From positions 1-24,188 of IMG/VR virus record IMGVR_UViG_3300027833_000218: DNA of 24,188 nt; one strand, 5' to 3'. Under the pieces are notes generated by a model that was not told the DNA's origin, searched no databases, and worked only from the letters and a program-made list of their open reading frames with translations. This DNA comes from a virus (Duplodnaviria > Caudoviricetes). The translations under genes were made by a program, and so were the position numbers. Shown one piece after another: positions 7,490 to 17,149 of the stretch (position 1 is its first letter; each line of letters opens with the position of its first letter).

Positions 7490-9708
7490 GTTACGAACAA
7501 ACCCTTTGGAAAGAAGTTAAGGACGTTGTAAATCCTAAGATATTAGCTAAAAACAATAGATTTAAAAAATGGGATTATGGTTATAATTCTGATTATGATT
7601 TTATAGTAATAAGTAAAACAGGTAAAATTGGACAAATCATTGAAATACAGGATCTCAGGATTGCTTTACCAGCAGCAAATGAACCGTTTAAACGAAGTAA
7701 AGAAAAAGCGGAACAATACTGGGAAAAAGCCGAATATCCAAAAGAATTAAGTAGAATTAAAAGTAGATTTGACTGGGAGGAATATCCAGCTGAATTTAAA
7801 GAAAAGTGGTACGATTATATTGATAATGAATTTACTAGACGAGAACAAGGATTTCACTTTTATAACAATGGTACTTCTACTTACATTACTGGTACTCATT
7901 ATATGTACTTGCAATGGTCAAAGATTGACATTGGAGCACCAGATTTTAGAGAAGCAAATAGACTCTTCTTTATATTTTGGGAAGCATGTAAAGCAGATAC
8001 AAGATGTTATGGAATGTGCTACCTTAAAAACAGACGATCTGGATTCTCTTTTATGTCATCAGCAGAGCTTGTCAATCAAGCTACAATATCTTCTGATGCT
8101 AGATTTGGAATACTTTCCAAGTCTGGTTCAGATGCCAAAAAAATGTTTACAGATAAAGTTGTCCCAATATCAGTCAACTACCCGTTCTTTTTTAAACCCA
8201 TTCAAGATGGTATGGATCGGCCGAAAACTGAACTGGCATATCGTGTTCCGGCATCAAAGCTTACTAGAAGAAAGCTTGAGTCGAATGAACAGCTTAGGGA
8301 ACTAGATGGTCTTGATACAACTATTGACTGGAAAAACACAGGTGATAACTCTTATGATGGTGAAAAGCTAAAACTATTAGCTCATGATGAAAGTGGTAAG
8401 TGGGAAAGACCTGATAATATATTAAACAACTGGAGAGTTACAAAGACTACATTAAGACTAGGATCAAGAATCGTGGGTAAATGTATGATGGGCTCAACTT
8501 CAAATGCTTTAGATAAAGGTGGAGACAATTTCAAAAAATTATACTACAATTCAAACGTTAATAAAAGAAATCGAAACGGACAAACATCTTCTGGACTCTA
8601 TAGCTTGTTCATTCCTATGGAGTGGAACTATGAGGGATTCATCGATACTTATGGATTACCTGTCTTCATTAGAGGTAAAAATGAAGTCAAAGGAGTTGAT
8701 GGTTACGAAATTACAACAGGAGTTATTGAACACTGGGAAAACGAAGTTGACGGTTTAAAATCAGATCAAGACAGTTTAAATGAATATTATCGTCAGTTTC
8801 CAAGAACTGAACAACATGCTTTTAGAGATGAAGCTAAATCATCTTTATTTAATCTAACTAAGATATACCAACAAATAGATTATAATGAAGAAGCTAATAA
8901 CAAAGCAGCAATTACAATAGGTAGTTTTTCTTGGGAAAATGGTATTAAAGATTCTAAGGTTTTATTTAAACCTAATAAAGATGGAAGATTTAAAATTAGT
9001 TGGGTACCACCAGTTAATATTCAAAATAGAATAATTAATAAAAATGGAGGCAAATATCCTGGTAACGAACATATTGGAGCTTTCGGCTGTGATAGTTACG
9101 ACATTAGCGGTACTGTTGATGGTAAAGGCTCTAATGGAGCTTTACATGGACTGACTAAGTTTTCAATGGAAGATGCACCGCCTAATCATTTCTTTTTAGA
9201 ATATATATCAAGGCCACAAACAGCTGAGATATTCTTTGAAGATGTTTTAATGGCTTGTATATTTTATGGTATGCCAATACTTGCTGAAAACAATAAACCT
9301 AGATTATTGTATTATTTTAAACGTAGAGGTTATAGAGGTTTTTCAATTAATCGTCCTGATAAAATTTGGAACAAACTTTCTACAACAGAAAGAGAAATAG
9401 GTGGAATACCTAACTCAAGTGAAGATATTAAACAATCACATGCAGCAGCTATAGAGTCTTACATAGAAGAATATGTGGGATCTAGTGAACTAGGGCATGG
9501 AGATATGTACCATCAAAAAACATTAGAAGACTGGGCAGCGTTCAATATAAATAATAGAACAAAGCATGATGCTTCAATAAGTTCAGGTTTAGCTATAATG
9601 GCTTGTAATAAAAACAGGTATACACCTGTAGCTGTTAGACAAAAAAAATCTATAAACTTAGGTATTAAAAAATATGATAACACAGGTTATAATTCAAAAA
9701 TAAAATAA
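7486..9708 (+). CDS. terL: Terminase large subunit
   Basis: Walker A-like YLKNRRSGFS, Walker B LLAHDESGKW, coupling motif MMGST, nuclease AFGCDSYD, ILAENNKP and late HDASISSG; sits upstream of the portal; GTG start. Confidence 0.92.
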   Translation: MSYEQTLWKEVKDVVNPKILAKNNRFKKWDYGYNSDYDFIVISKTGKIGQIIEIQDLRIALPAANEPFKRSKEKAEQYWEKAEYPKELSRIKSRFDWEEYPAEFKEKWYDYIDNEFTRREQGFHFYNNGTSTYITGTHYMYLQWSKIDIGAPDFREANRLFFIFWEACKADTRCYGMCYLKNRRSGFSFMSSAELVNQATISSDARFGILSKSGSDAKKMFTDKVVPISVNYPFFFKPIQDGMDRPKTELAYRVPASKLTRRKLESNEQLRELDGLDTTIDWKNTGDNSYDGEKLKLLAHDESGKWERPDNILNNWRVTKTTLRLGSRIVGKCMMGSTSNALDKGGDNFKKLYYNSNVNKRNRNGQTSSGLYSLFIPMEWNYEGFIDTYGLPVFIRGKNEVKGVDGYEITTGVIEHWENEVDGLKSDQDSLNEYYRQFPRTEQHAFRDEAKSSLFNLTKIYQQIDYNEEANNKAAITIGSFSWENGIKDSKVLFKPNKDGRFKISWVPPVNIQNRIINKNGGKYPGNEHIGAFGCDSYDISGTVDGKGSNGALHGLTKFSMEDAPPNHFFLEYISRPQTAEIFFEDVLMACIFYGMPILAENNKPRLLYYFKRRGYRGFSINRPDKIWNKLSTTEREIGGIPNSSEDIKQSHAAAIESYIEEYVGSSELGHGDMYHQKTLEDWAAFNINNRTKHDASISSGLAIMACNKNRYTPVAVRQKKSINLGIKKYDNTGYNSKIK

Positions 9709-12117
9709 ATGATAAATACTAATTACAATAGTTCTTTTCCAGATCAGGTAGTACCAGATGCAGAAAAAGCTACTTATGAGTATGGTTTACAGGTTGGTAG
9801 AGCTATAGAGTCTGAGTGGTTTACTAATGATAATGGCTTCACAGATAGATTTGGTAGTAATTATAATTCTTTTCATAATTTAAGATTATATGCAAGAGGA
9901 GAACAATCTGTACAAAAATATAAAGACGAACTTTCTATTAATGGTGATTTATCTTATTTAAACTTAGACTGGAAACCTGTACCAGTAATTCCTAAGTTTG
10001 TTGACATAGTTGTTAATGGTATGTCTCAAAGAAATTACGAGATCAAGGCTTATGCTCAAGACCCTGAGTCTTTACATAAAAGAACTGCGTATGCTGAAGC
10101 TTTACAAAAAGATGTAATGCAAAAAGATTTATTAGCTAAAATGACTGAAATGACTGGTTTAGATATTTCCGCGTCTAAAGGTAAAGCCGTTGGCATGGAA
10201 AGTGAAGAAGATATAGAGCTTCATATGCAAATGAGTTATAAAGAGTCTATTGAAGTAGCTGAAGAAGAAGTAATTAACAATGTGCTAGCTAATAATAAAT
10301 ATGATTTAATTAGAAGAAGATTAAATTATGACTTAACTGTTTTAGGTATATCAGCTGTTAAAACTGATTTTAATAGATCTGAAGGCGTTACATTAAATTA
10401 TGTTGATCCAGCTAGTTTAGTTTATTCATATAGTGAAGATCCTAATTTTGAAGATTTATATTATGTAGGTGAAGTTAAATCAATTAGCTTGCCAGAGCTT
10501 AAAAAACAATTTCCTTATTTAACTGCTGAAGAATTAAAAGAAATACAAAAGTATCCAGGTAATCAAAACTACACTAGAAACTGGAGTGGTCGTTATGACA
10601 ACAATACAGTTCAAGTAATGTATTTTGAATACAAAACTTATGCTAATCAAGTATTTAAAATAAAAGAAACAGCTAATGGTCTTGAAAAAGCTATAGAAAA
10701 AACTGATACTTTTAATCCACCAGAAACAGATTCATTTTCAAAAGCATTTAGAGCTATTGAAGTTCTTTACTCTGGAGCTAAAATACTAGGACATAACAAA
10801 ATATTAAAATGGGAGCTAGCTGAGAACATGACTAGACCTTATGCCGATACTGTTAAAGTTAATATGAACTATAACATCGTAGCTCCTAGAATGTACAAAG
10901 GTCGCATAGAATCAATTGTAAGCAGAATAACTGGTTTTGCTGATATGATACAGCTAACTCATTTAAAACTGCAACAGGTGATGTCTAGAGTGGTTCCTGA
11001 TGGAGTTTACTTAGATATGGATGGTTTAGCAGAGGTAGATCTAGGTAATGGTACTAATTATAACCCATCTGAAGCTTTGAATATGTATTTTCAAACAGGT
11101 TCTGTAGTTGGTAGATCAATGACTCAAGACGGTGGAATGAACCCAGGTAAAGTTCCTATACAGGAATTACAGTCTAGCTCTGGTGGTAATAAAATGCAAT
11201 CATTAATACAAACTTACGAGTATTATCTTAAAATGATTAGAGACGTAACGGGACTTAATGAAGCTAGAGATGGTACGTTACCAGACAAGCAATCATTAGT
11301 TGGTTTACAAAAATTAGCTGCTGCTAATTCAAACGTAGCAACTAGACATATATTACAAGCTAGTTTATACTTAACTCTTAGAACTTGTGAAAACATATCA
11401 TTAAGAATAGCTGATGCTTTAATGTTTCCATTAACTATGCAGACATTAGCGTCTAGTATATCTAGATACAATGTAGCTACTTTGCAAGAGTTATCTCAAG
11501 TAAATATGCATGACTTTGGTATTTTCTTAGAACTAGAGCCTGATGAAGAAGAAAAGCAAGTGTTAGAGCAAAACATACAAATAGCTTTAAAAGGTGGTCA
11601 AATAGATCTTGAAGATGCAATTGATATTAGACAAGTTAACAATTTAAAGTTAGCTAATCAAATGCTTAAGAAAAGAAGAAAAGAAAAGCAAGCTAAGGAT
11701 CAACAAATACAACAGCAGAACATGCAAGCGCAAGCTCAAGCAAATGCTCAAGCAGCTGAACAAATATCTTTAGCAGAAGCTCAAAAGCAGCAAGTTATAT
11801 CTGAGCAAAACATTAACTACGAACAAGCTAAATCTCAATTTTCTATACAAAAAATGGAAAGAGAAGCTCAAATCAAACAACAGTTAATGGAATTAGAGTT
11901 TAACTACAACATGCAGTTAACTCAAGCGCAGTCTAAAGCTAAGCAGCAAGATGAAGCTTTTAAAGAAGATAGAAAAGATCAAAGAACAGAAATGCAAGCT
12001 ACGCAACAGTCTGAACTTATAGATCAAAGAAAAAACGACTTATTACCTAAAAACTTTGAATCCGCAGGTAATGATACTATGGGCGGTTTTGGTTTAGAGC
12101 AGTTTGGCCCTAAATAA
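9709..12117 (+). CDS. Portal protein
   Basis: 802 aa immediately after terL; LDWKPVPVIPKFVDIVVNG and IRDVTGLNEARDG motifs; long Q/A/E-rich C-terminal coiled coil like the portal barrel of P22- and crAss-type podophages. Confidence 0.88.
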   Translation: MINTNYNSSFPDQVVPDAEKATYEYGLQVGRAIESEWFTNDNGFTDRFGSNYNSFHNLRLYARGEQSVQKYKDELSINGDLSYLNLDWKPVPVIPKFVDIVVNGMSQRNYEIKAYAQDPESLHKRTAYAEALQKDVMQKDLLAKMTEMTGLDISASKGKAVGMESEEDIELHMQMSYKESIEVAEEEVINNVLANNKYDLIRRRLNYDLTVLGISAVKTDFNRSEGVTLNYVDPASLVYSYSEDPNFEDLYYVGEVKSISLPELKKQFPYLTAEELKEIQKYPGNQNYTRNWSGRYDNNTVQVMYFEYKTYANQVFKIKETANGLEKAIEKTDTFNPPETDSFSKAFRAIEVLYSGAKILGHNKILKWELAENMTRPYADTVKVNMNYNIVAPRMYKGRIESIVSRITGFADMIQLTHLKLQQVMSRVVPDGVYLDMDGLAEVDLGNGTNYNPSEALNMYFQTGSVVGRSMTQDGGMNPGKVPIQELQSSSGGNKMQSLIQTYEYYLKMIRDVTGLNEARDGTLPDKQSLVGLQKLAAANSNVATRHILQASLYLTLRTCENISLRIADALMFPLTMQTLASSISRYNVATLQELSQVNMHDFGIFLELEPDEEEKQVLEQNIQIALKGGQIDLEDAIDIRQVNNLKLANQMLKKRRKEKQAKDQQIQQQNMQAQAQANAQAAEQISLAEAQKQQVISEQNINYEQAKSQFSIQKMEREAQIKQQLMELEFNYNMQLTQAQSKAKQQDEAFKEDRKDQRTEMQATQQSELIDQRKNDLLPKNFESAGNDTMGGFGLEQFGPK

Positions 12118-12128
12118 TTTTTAATAAC

Positions 12129-12143
12129 TATTATATTATATTA
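12129..12143 (+). repeat. (TATTA)3 tandem array ending on the A of the scaffold start codon
   Basis: TATTA TATTA TATTA TG read directly at 12129-12145. Confidence 0.9.
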
Positions 12144-13303
12144 TGTCAGAAGAAATAAAAGAAAACCCTAAAGGGGAATTAGAACAAGGTGAGTTTAAGG
12201 TTAAGAAGCCTAAGGTAAAAAAACTTACTAATAAAAAAGCAACAACAGCTAAAATAGATTTATCTAAAAAAGAAGAGGTTAAAAAAGAAGAAAAACCTAT
12301 AGATAAAGTAATTATTAAAGAAGAACCTGTAATTAAAGAAGAAAAAGTAGAAGCTAAGGAAGAAGTAGTAGAAACAAAAGAAAAAACTACATCTCCTATA
12401 TCTGAAATTACAGAAGAAGAAGTTGTTGAAGAAGTAAAAGCACCTATAGTAAAAGATGTTGTTGAAAAACAACCAGAAATAAAACTACCAGAAAACATAG
12501 AAAAATTGGTAAGCTTTATGGAAGATACAGGTGGAACAGTTGAGGATTATGTTAGATTAAATGCTGATTACTCAAGTGTAGATAAAGATACTCTATTAAG
12601 AGAGTATTACAAACAGACTAAACCACATCTTGATACAGATGAAGTTAATTTCTTATTAGAAGATAACTTTCATTATGATGAAGATTTGGATGAAGAGCGA
12701 GATATAAGAAAAAAGAAACTCGCTTATAAAGAAGAAATTGCTAAAGCCACTAACTTTTTAGAGGAAACCAAGAGTAAATATTACGACGAGATCAAGTTGA
12801 GACCGGGCGTTACTCAGGAACAACAAAAAGCTATGGACTTTTTCAATAGACACAACGAAGAACAAAAAATGGTTAAACAGCAACACGATACGTTTAAATC
12901 AACTACTAAAAATTTCTTTAATAACGAGTTCAAAGGTTTTGAATTTAATTTAAATGAAAAGAAATTTAGATACGGTGTTAATGATATAGACTCTGTTGCT
13001 AGTAATCAATCTGATCTTACGAACCTAATCGGGAAGTTCTTAGATAATAAAGGGGAAGTTAAAGACTATAAAGGTTATCACAAAGCTATTTTTGCAGCAC
13101 AAAACGCTGATACTATCGCTAATCATTTTTATGAGCAAGGCAAAGCCGACGCTGTTAAAGATGTAATGGCTAAATCTAAAAATTTAAACAATGAACTTAG
13201 ACCAACGTCTACGGGAGATGTTTTTATTGGAGGAATGAAAGTAAAAGCAATTAGTGGTGTAGATAGTTCAAAGTTAAAATTAAGAATAAATAAAAATAAA
13301 TAA
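12143..13303 (+). CDS. Putative capsid scaffolding protein
   Basis: Between portal and capsid genes; very E/K-rich low-complexity N-terminal third, helical remainder with ANHFYEQGKADA. Confidence 0.7.
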   Translation: MSEEIKENPKGELEQGEFKVKKPKVKKLTNKKATTAKIDLSKKEEVKKEEKPIDKVIIKEEPVIKEEKVEAKEEVVETKEKTTSPISEITEEEVVEEVKAPIVKDVVEKQPEIKLPENIEKLVSFMEDTGGTVEDYVRLNADYSSVDKDTLLREYYKQTKPHLDTDEVNFLLEDNFHYDEDLDEERDIRKKKLAYKEEIAKATNFLEETKSKYYDEIKLRPGVTQEQQKAMDFFNRHNEEQKMVKQQHDTFKSTTKNFFNNEFKGFEFNLNEKKFRYGVNDIDSVASNQSDLTNLIGKFLDNKGEVKDYKGYHKAIFAAQNADTIANHFYEQGKADAVKDVMAKSKNLNNELRPTSTGDVFIGGMKVKAISGVDSSKLKLRINKNK

Positions 13304-13313
13304 AAGATAAAAC

Positions 13314-14804
13314 ATGAGTTTTCAAAACAATGCTCCAACTGGAGCTTTTCCTCCATCACTCTTGCCTCATCAAACTCAAATGACGTTAGCGTCAAATTAC
13401 TTGAGTTTTGATAACGCAACTGGTGGAAACTTTGCACAACAATATCTACCTGAGCTTTATGAAGCTGAAGTAGAAAGATACGGAAACCGAACTTTAGGTG
13501 GTTTCTTGAGAATGGTAGGCGCTGAAATGCCTATGACATCTGATCAAGTAATTTGGTCTGAACAAAATAGATTACACGTTTCTTATGAAGACTGTATATT
13601 AATTGCTTTAGGATTATCTATGACAGTTCCAGTTGAAACTGGAAAAACTTGCGCTATTAAAATAGGTAATACAATAGTAATATCTAATGGATTAACTACT
13701 ATTAAAGCTAGAGTTACTAACGTTGTTGCTGCTACAGCTACAACTGCTACTGTTACTTTTGAAACTTACAAAGTTGCTAACGCTCTTGGATTAGGAGTTG
13801 CTGGTACACTTGTTAAGACATTTGTATATGGTTCTGAATTTGCTAAAGGTTCTGGTGGATCTGATGCTGCTGTAAGTAACTACGCTGGAATGTCTAGTAT
13901 TCAACCAACTTTAACACAATTTTCTAACAAGCCAATTATCTTAAGAGATAAGTTTGAAGTATCAGGTTCTGATACAGCTCAAATTGGTTGGGTAGAAGTT
14001 GCTACTGAAGATGGAACAAATGGATACTTGTGGTATTTAAAGTCTGAATCTGAAACAAGATTAAGATTTGAAGATTACCTAGAAATGTCCATGGTTGAAG
14101 CTGAAAACAATGGTGCCGCTGGTGTTGTTGACTTAGGCGCAGGTGCTGTAGGTGCTGCTGAAGCTGGTCCTGGTTCTGAAGGTTTGTTTGCTGCTATTGA
14201 AGCAAGAGGAAACGTTTATAACGATTTCGCTGGTGCTGCTGCTCCTGGAGCTGGTGCATTAGGTGATTTTGATACTATCCTAAAACAACTAGATACACAA
14301 GGTGCTATTGAAGAAAACATGTTATTCTTATCTAGAGCTACTGCTCTTGATTTTGACGATATGATTGCTGCTCAAGCTGGTGGAGGTTATGCTGGTACAC
14401 AAGCTGCTTCTTATGGTCTTTTTGACAACGAAGCTGAAATGGCAATGAATTTTGGATTTTCAGGATTTAGAAGAGGTTCTTATGACTTTTATAAAACTGA
14501 CTGGAAATACTTAAATGACTTTTCAACAAGAGGATTAATCGGAGACATCGATGGTGTAATGATTCCAGCTGGAACATCAACTGTTTATGATCAAAGTTTA
14601 GGATCTAATATCAGACGTCCTTTCTTACATGTAAGATATAGAGCTTCTGAAGCTGATGATCGTAGAATGAAGTCATGGGTTACTGGATCTGTTGGAGGTG
14701 CTTACACTTCTGATTTAGATGCAATGACTGTAAATTTCTTATCTGAAAGATGTTTAGTTACACAAGCTGCTAATAACTTCGTGTTATTCAAGTCAACTAT
14801 ATAA
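13314..14804 (+). CDS. Major capsid protein (HK97 fold, crAss-related type)
   Basis: 496 aa after the scaffold; QQYLPELYE.EVERYGNR, WSEQNRLH, GSEGLFAAI, FGFSGFRRGSYDFYK.DWKYLND, FLSER; visibly strong GCT/GGT codon bias consistent with high expression. Confidence 0.9.
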   Translation: MSFQNNAPTGAFPPSLLPHQTQMTLASNYLSFDNATGGNFAQQYLPELYEAEVERYGNRTLGGFLRMVGAEMPMTSDQVIWSEQNRLHVSYEDCILIALGLSMTVPVETGKTCAIKIGNTIVISNGLTTIKARVTNVVAATATTATVTFETYKVANALGLGVAGTLVKTFVYGSEFAKGSGGSDAAVSNYAGMSSIQPTLTQFSNKPIILRDKFEVSGSDTAQIGWVEVATEDGTNGYLWYLKSESETRLRFEDYLEMSMVEAENNGAAGVVDLGAGAVGAAEAGPGSEGLFAAIEARGNVYNDFAGAAAPGAGALGDFDTILKQLDTQGAIEENMLFLSRATALDFDDMIAAQAGGGYAGTQAASYGLFDNEAEMAMNFGFSGFRRGSYDFYKTDWKYLNDFSTRGLIGDIDGVMIPAGTSTVYDQSLGSNIRRPFLHVRYRASEADDRRMKSWVTGSVGGAYTSDLDAMTVNFLSERCLVTQAANNFVLFKSTI

Positions 14805-14830
14805 TTATTAACATTTAAAAAATAAGAAAA

Positions 14831-15199
14831 ATGGGACTTTTAAAATTAAGATCAAACCAAGTAATTAGTTGTGATGACGTTGTTAGCATAACTGCAACAT
14901 TAGCAGCTGCTACTTTAACTGTCGATGTTATTTACAATGTATATGGACAGACTGGCGCAGGCACATTTGCACCTTCTAAAATGAACATTGTTTATACTAG
15001 ATCAGCTGGAACAATGAGTTTTACACAAACTGAAGCAGAATATTTAAGTGCTTTTGTCAGCGCTGTAGGCGCAATGGCAGAGGGATCTGGTATTGGTGCT
15101 GATTCGCCAGAAGTTAGCGAAAAAGTTACTGCTACAGGAGTGTTTCACGCAAATTTAACTCCAGTAATTACACTTAAAAAAGGAGCTGATTTAGCTTAA
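14831..15199 (+). CDS. Hypothetical protein, possible capsid auxiliary/decoration protein
   Basis: 122 aa, A/T/G/V-rich, lies between the capsid gene and the strong terminator. Function from position only. Confidence 0.6.
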   Translation: MGLLKLRSNQVISCDDVVSITATLAAATLTVDVIYNVYGQTGAGTFAPSKMNIVYTRSAGTMSFTQTEAEYLSAFVSAVGAMAEGSGIGADSPEVSEKVTATGVFHANLTPVITLKKGADLA

Positions 15200-15220
15200 T
15201 TACTTTTTTAAAACAATAAT

Positions 15221-15248
15221 AAGATCCCGCTTCGGCGGGGTCTTTTTT
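15221..15248 (+). terminator. Rho-independent terminator with C(UUCG)G tetraloop
   Basis: AAGATCCCGC-TTCG-GCGGGGTCTT (one U-G wobble) running into a T6 tract. Confidence 0.92.
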
Positions 15249-15251
15249 AAT

Positions 15252-15271
15252 TATTATATTATATTATATTA
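15252..15271 (+). repeat. (TATTA)4 tandem array ending on the A of the start codon
   Basis: TATTA x4 then TG, read directly at 15252-15273. Confidence 0.9.
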
Positions 15272-16047
15272 TGGAAACAAAAGAAAAGAAAAAACCTCAA
15301 GTAAAAAAAGATACTTGGGAAGTAAAAGATAGATACTACCATTTACTTAATGGTCAATCACCTTTAACAACTAGAATTAACTCTAAACACTCTTCAAGAA
15401 AACCTTTAATGTGGTTTGATGAAGAAAAGCAATACAATAGAGAGCTTAGATATGCTACCAATATGAAAAGCCCATTTATGGACGAGCAAAAAGGTACAGC
15501 AACTTTAGGTCATATTGTTTTTGAAAATGGTGTTTTAATGGTGCCTAGAGAAAAACAAGCTTTACAAAAGCTTTTATCATTATATCATCCTAATAGAAAC
15601 AAGGTATATGCTGAAAGAGATGAAGTAATTGAAGCAAGTAATGAACTAGACAACTTAGAGTTACAAGTTGAAGCAATGGCTATGGCTATAAATATGGATG
15701 TAGACAAAGCTGAAGCTATACTAAGAGTTGAATTAGGTTCAGGAGTATCTAAAATGAGTTCTAAAGAACTTAAAAGAGATTTACTACTATTTGCTAAGGG
15801 TAATCCAGAATTATTCTTAGAATTAGTTAATGATGAAAACGTTGAACTTAGAAACTTTGGTATACGAGCTGTTGAAGCTGGTATTGTTAGTTTAGCGCAA
15901 GATCAAAGAACTTTTACTTGGGCTAGTAATGGCCGTAAGCTAATGAACGTTCCTTTTGATGAAAACCCATATTCAGCAATGGCTGCATGGTTTAAAACAG
16001 ACGAAGGTGTTGAAGTTTACAAATCAATAGAGAAAAAGTTTAAATAA
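15271..16047 (+). CDS. Conserved post-capsid protein of unknown function
   Basis: 258-aa globular-looking ORF (RELRYATN, HIVFENGVL.VP) at the position where crAss-related phages carry a conserved uncharacterised gene. Confidence 0.7.
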   Translation: METKEKKKPQVKKDTWEVKDRYYHLLNGQSPLTTRINSKHSSRKPLMWFDEEKQYNRELRYATNMKSPFMDEQKGTATLGHIVFENGVLMVPREKQALQKLLSLYHPNRNKVYAERDEVIEASNELDNLELQVEAMAMAINMDVDKAEAILRVELGSGVSKMSSKELKRDLLLFAKGNPELFLELVNDENVELRNFGIRAVEAGIVSLAQDQRTFTWASNGRKLMNVPFDENPYSAMAAWFKTDEGVEVYKSIEKKFK

Positions 16048-16064
16048 CAAGTGACTATAAATAT

Positions 16065-16093
16065 GAGGGGTTACACAAGTAACCTCTCTTTTT
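16065..16093 (+). terminator. Rho-independent terminator
   Basis: GAGGGGTTAC-ACAA-GTAACCTCTC (10 bp, one G-U) followed by TTTTT. Confidence 0.75.
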
Positions 16094-16105
16094 AAAATAT
16101 TAAAG

Positions 16106-17146
16106 ATGGCAATAAGCGTAGATACTGTATATAAAACTGTATTACTTATTTTAAACAAAGAACAAAGGGGTTATATGACACCTGATGAATTTAATAAAAT
16201 AGGTACTCAAGTTCAAAGAGAACTCTTTGAGAAATGCTTTGAGGATTTAAACCAACAGGTTCGTACTCCTCAAACAGATATGGACTATGCCGATAGAGTT
16301 GCTTTAACTGATGAAAAAATTGCAGAATTTAAAACTGAAAACGATCAAACTGTAACTGAGAAAGCTATAGGCGTTACAAATCCAACATCCAATATATTTA
16401 CAGTTCCTTCTGAGCTGTATAAGCTAGGTTCAGTTACCTATGAACCAAGTTCTAATATCTACCCTGAAATGCAAAGACTAGGTAGATCTGAGTTTTACAA
16501 TATAAGAAAAGCTCCATTAACAACTCCAACAAAGAATTTTCCCGTATATCTATACGAAGACAACAAATGCATAGTTTATCCTACAGATATAATTAATGTA
16601 GATCATATTAAAATGCAATATGTTAAAAAACCTACAGACATTAGGTGGGGATATAACATAGGTGGTTTAGGACAATATGTTTTTACTAACTACCCTTACG
16701 TAGCTACAGCTATTAATATAGGACCTATAACAACTTCTATAACTTCAAACATTGCTTCTGCAACTAACAACACTTACTCTGCCGCCACTTTCACCCCTCC
16801 AGCCAGTGGTGGAACAGGTGCTATTTTTGATGTAACTGTAGTTGGAGCTACTGTAACTAATGTATCTGTAGTTTCTCAAGGATCTGGGTATGTCGCTGGA
16901 GATATTATAACTTTTACGCAAAATTTTGGAGCAAATACAACTGGAACTTTGTCAGTAACCCTAACAGAAGCTAACCTATTTTCAGGATCACAACAAGGTT
17001 ATGTAGATTTTGGATTACAAACATCGGAGCAAACAGAGCTTGTTTTAAACATATTACTATATGCTGGCATAGTTATAAGAGATCCTCAAATAATTCAAGT
17101 AGCTCAAAGTGAATTACAACAAGACAAAATTAATGAAAAATCTTAA
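16106..17146 (+). CDS. Tail ring/adaptor (tubular) protein with inserted beta domain
   Basis: N-terminal VY.TVL.ILNKEQRGY.TP.EFN, YVKKP...W, C-terminal L..ILLYAGI.I.D, as in head-tail ring proteins; T/G/V-rich insertion at about 16690-16990. Confidence 0.7.
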   Translation: MAISVDTVYKTVLLILNKEQRGYMTPDEFNKIGTQVQRELFEKCFEDLNQQVRTPQTDMDYADRVALTDEKIAEFKTENDQTVTEKAIGVTNPTSNIFTVPSELYKLGSVTYEPSSNIYPEMQRLGRSEFYNIRKAPLTTPTKNFPVYLYEDNKCIVYPTDIINVDHIKMQYVKKPTDIRWGYNIGGLGQYVFTNYPYVATAINIGPITTSITSNIASATNNTYSAATFTPPASGGTGAIFDVTVVGATVTNVSVVSQGSGYVAGDIITFTQNFGANTTGTLSVTLTEANLFSGSQQGYVDFGLQTSEQTELVLNILLYAGIVIRDPQIIQVAQSELQQDKINEKS

Positions 17147-17149
17147 TAC

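Noticed and set aside
7769-8758. Alternate-frame + strand ORFs (178 aa and 79 aa) inside terL
   Set aside because: Fully nested in a conserved ATPase domain, no recognisable motifs, shadow-frame composition.
12136-12498. Minus-strand ORFs of 120 aa and 70 aa (F/S-rich)
   Set aside because: Mirror of the GAA/AAA-rich scaffold N-terminus; low complexity, no independent signals.
7486-14804. Inteins or self-splicing introns in terL, portal or capsid genes
   Set aside because: ORFs are uninterrupted, of expected size, and show no intein or homing-endonuclease motifs.
14780-14835. Programmed frameshift extending the capsid protein into the 122-aa gene
   Set aside because: No slippery heptamer before the TAA, and the 122-aa gene has its own A-rich leader and ATG.
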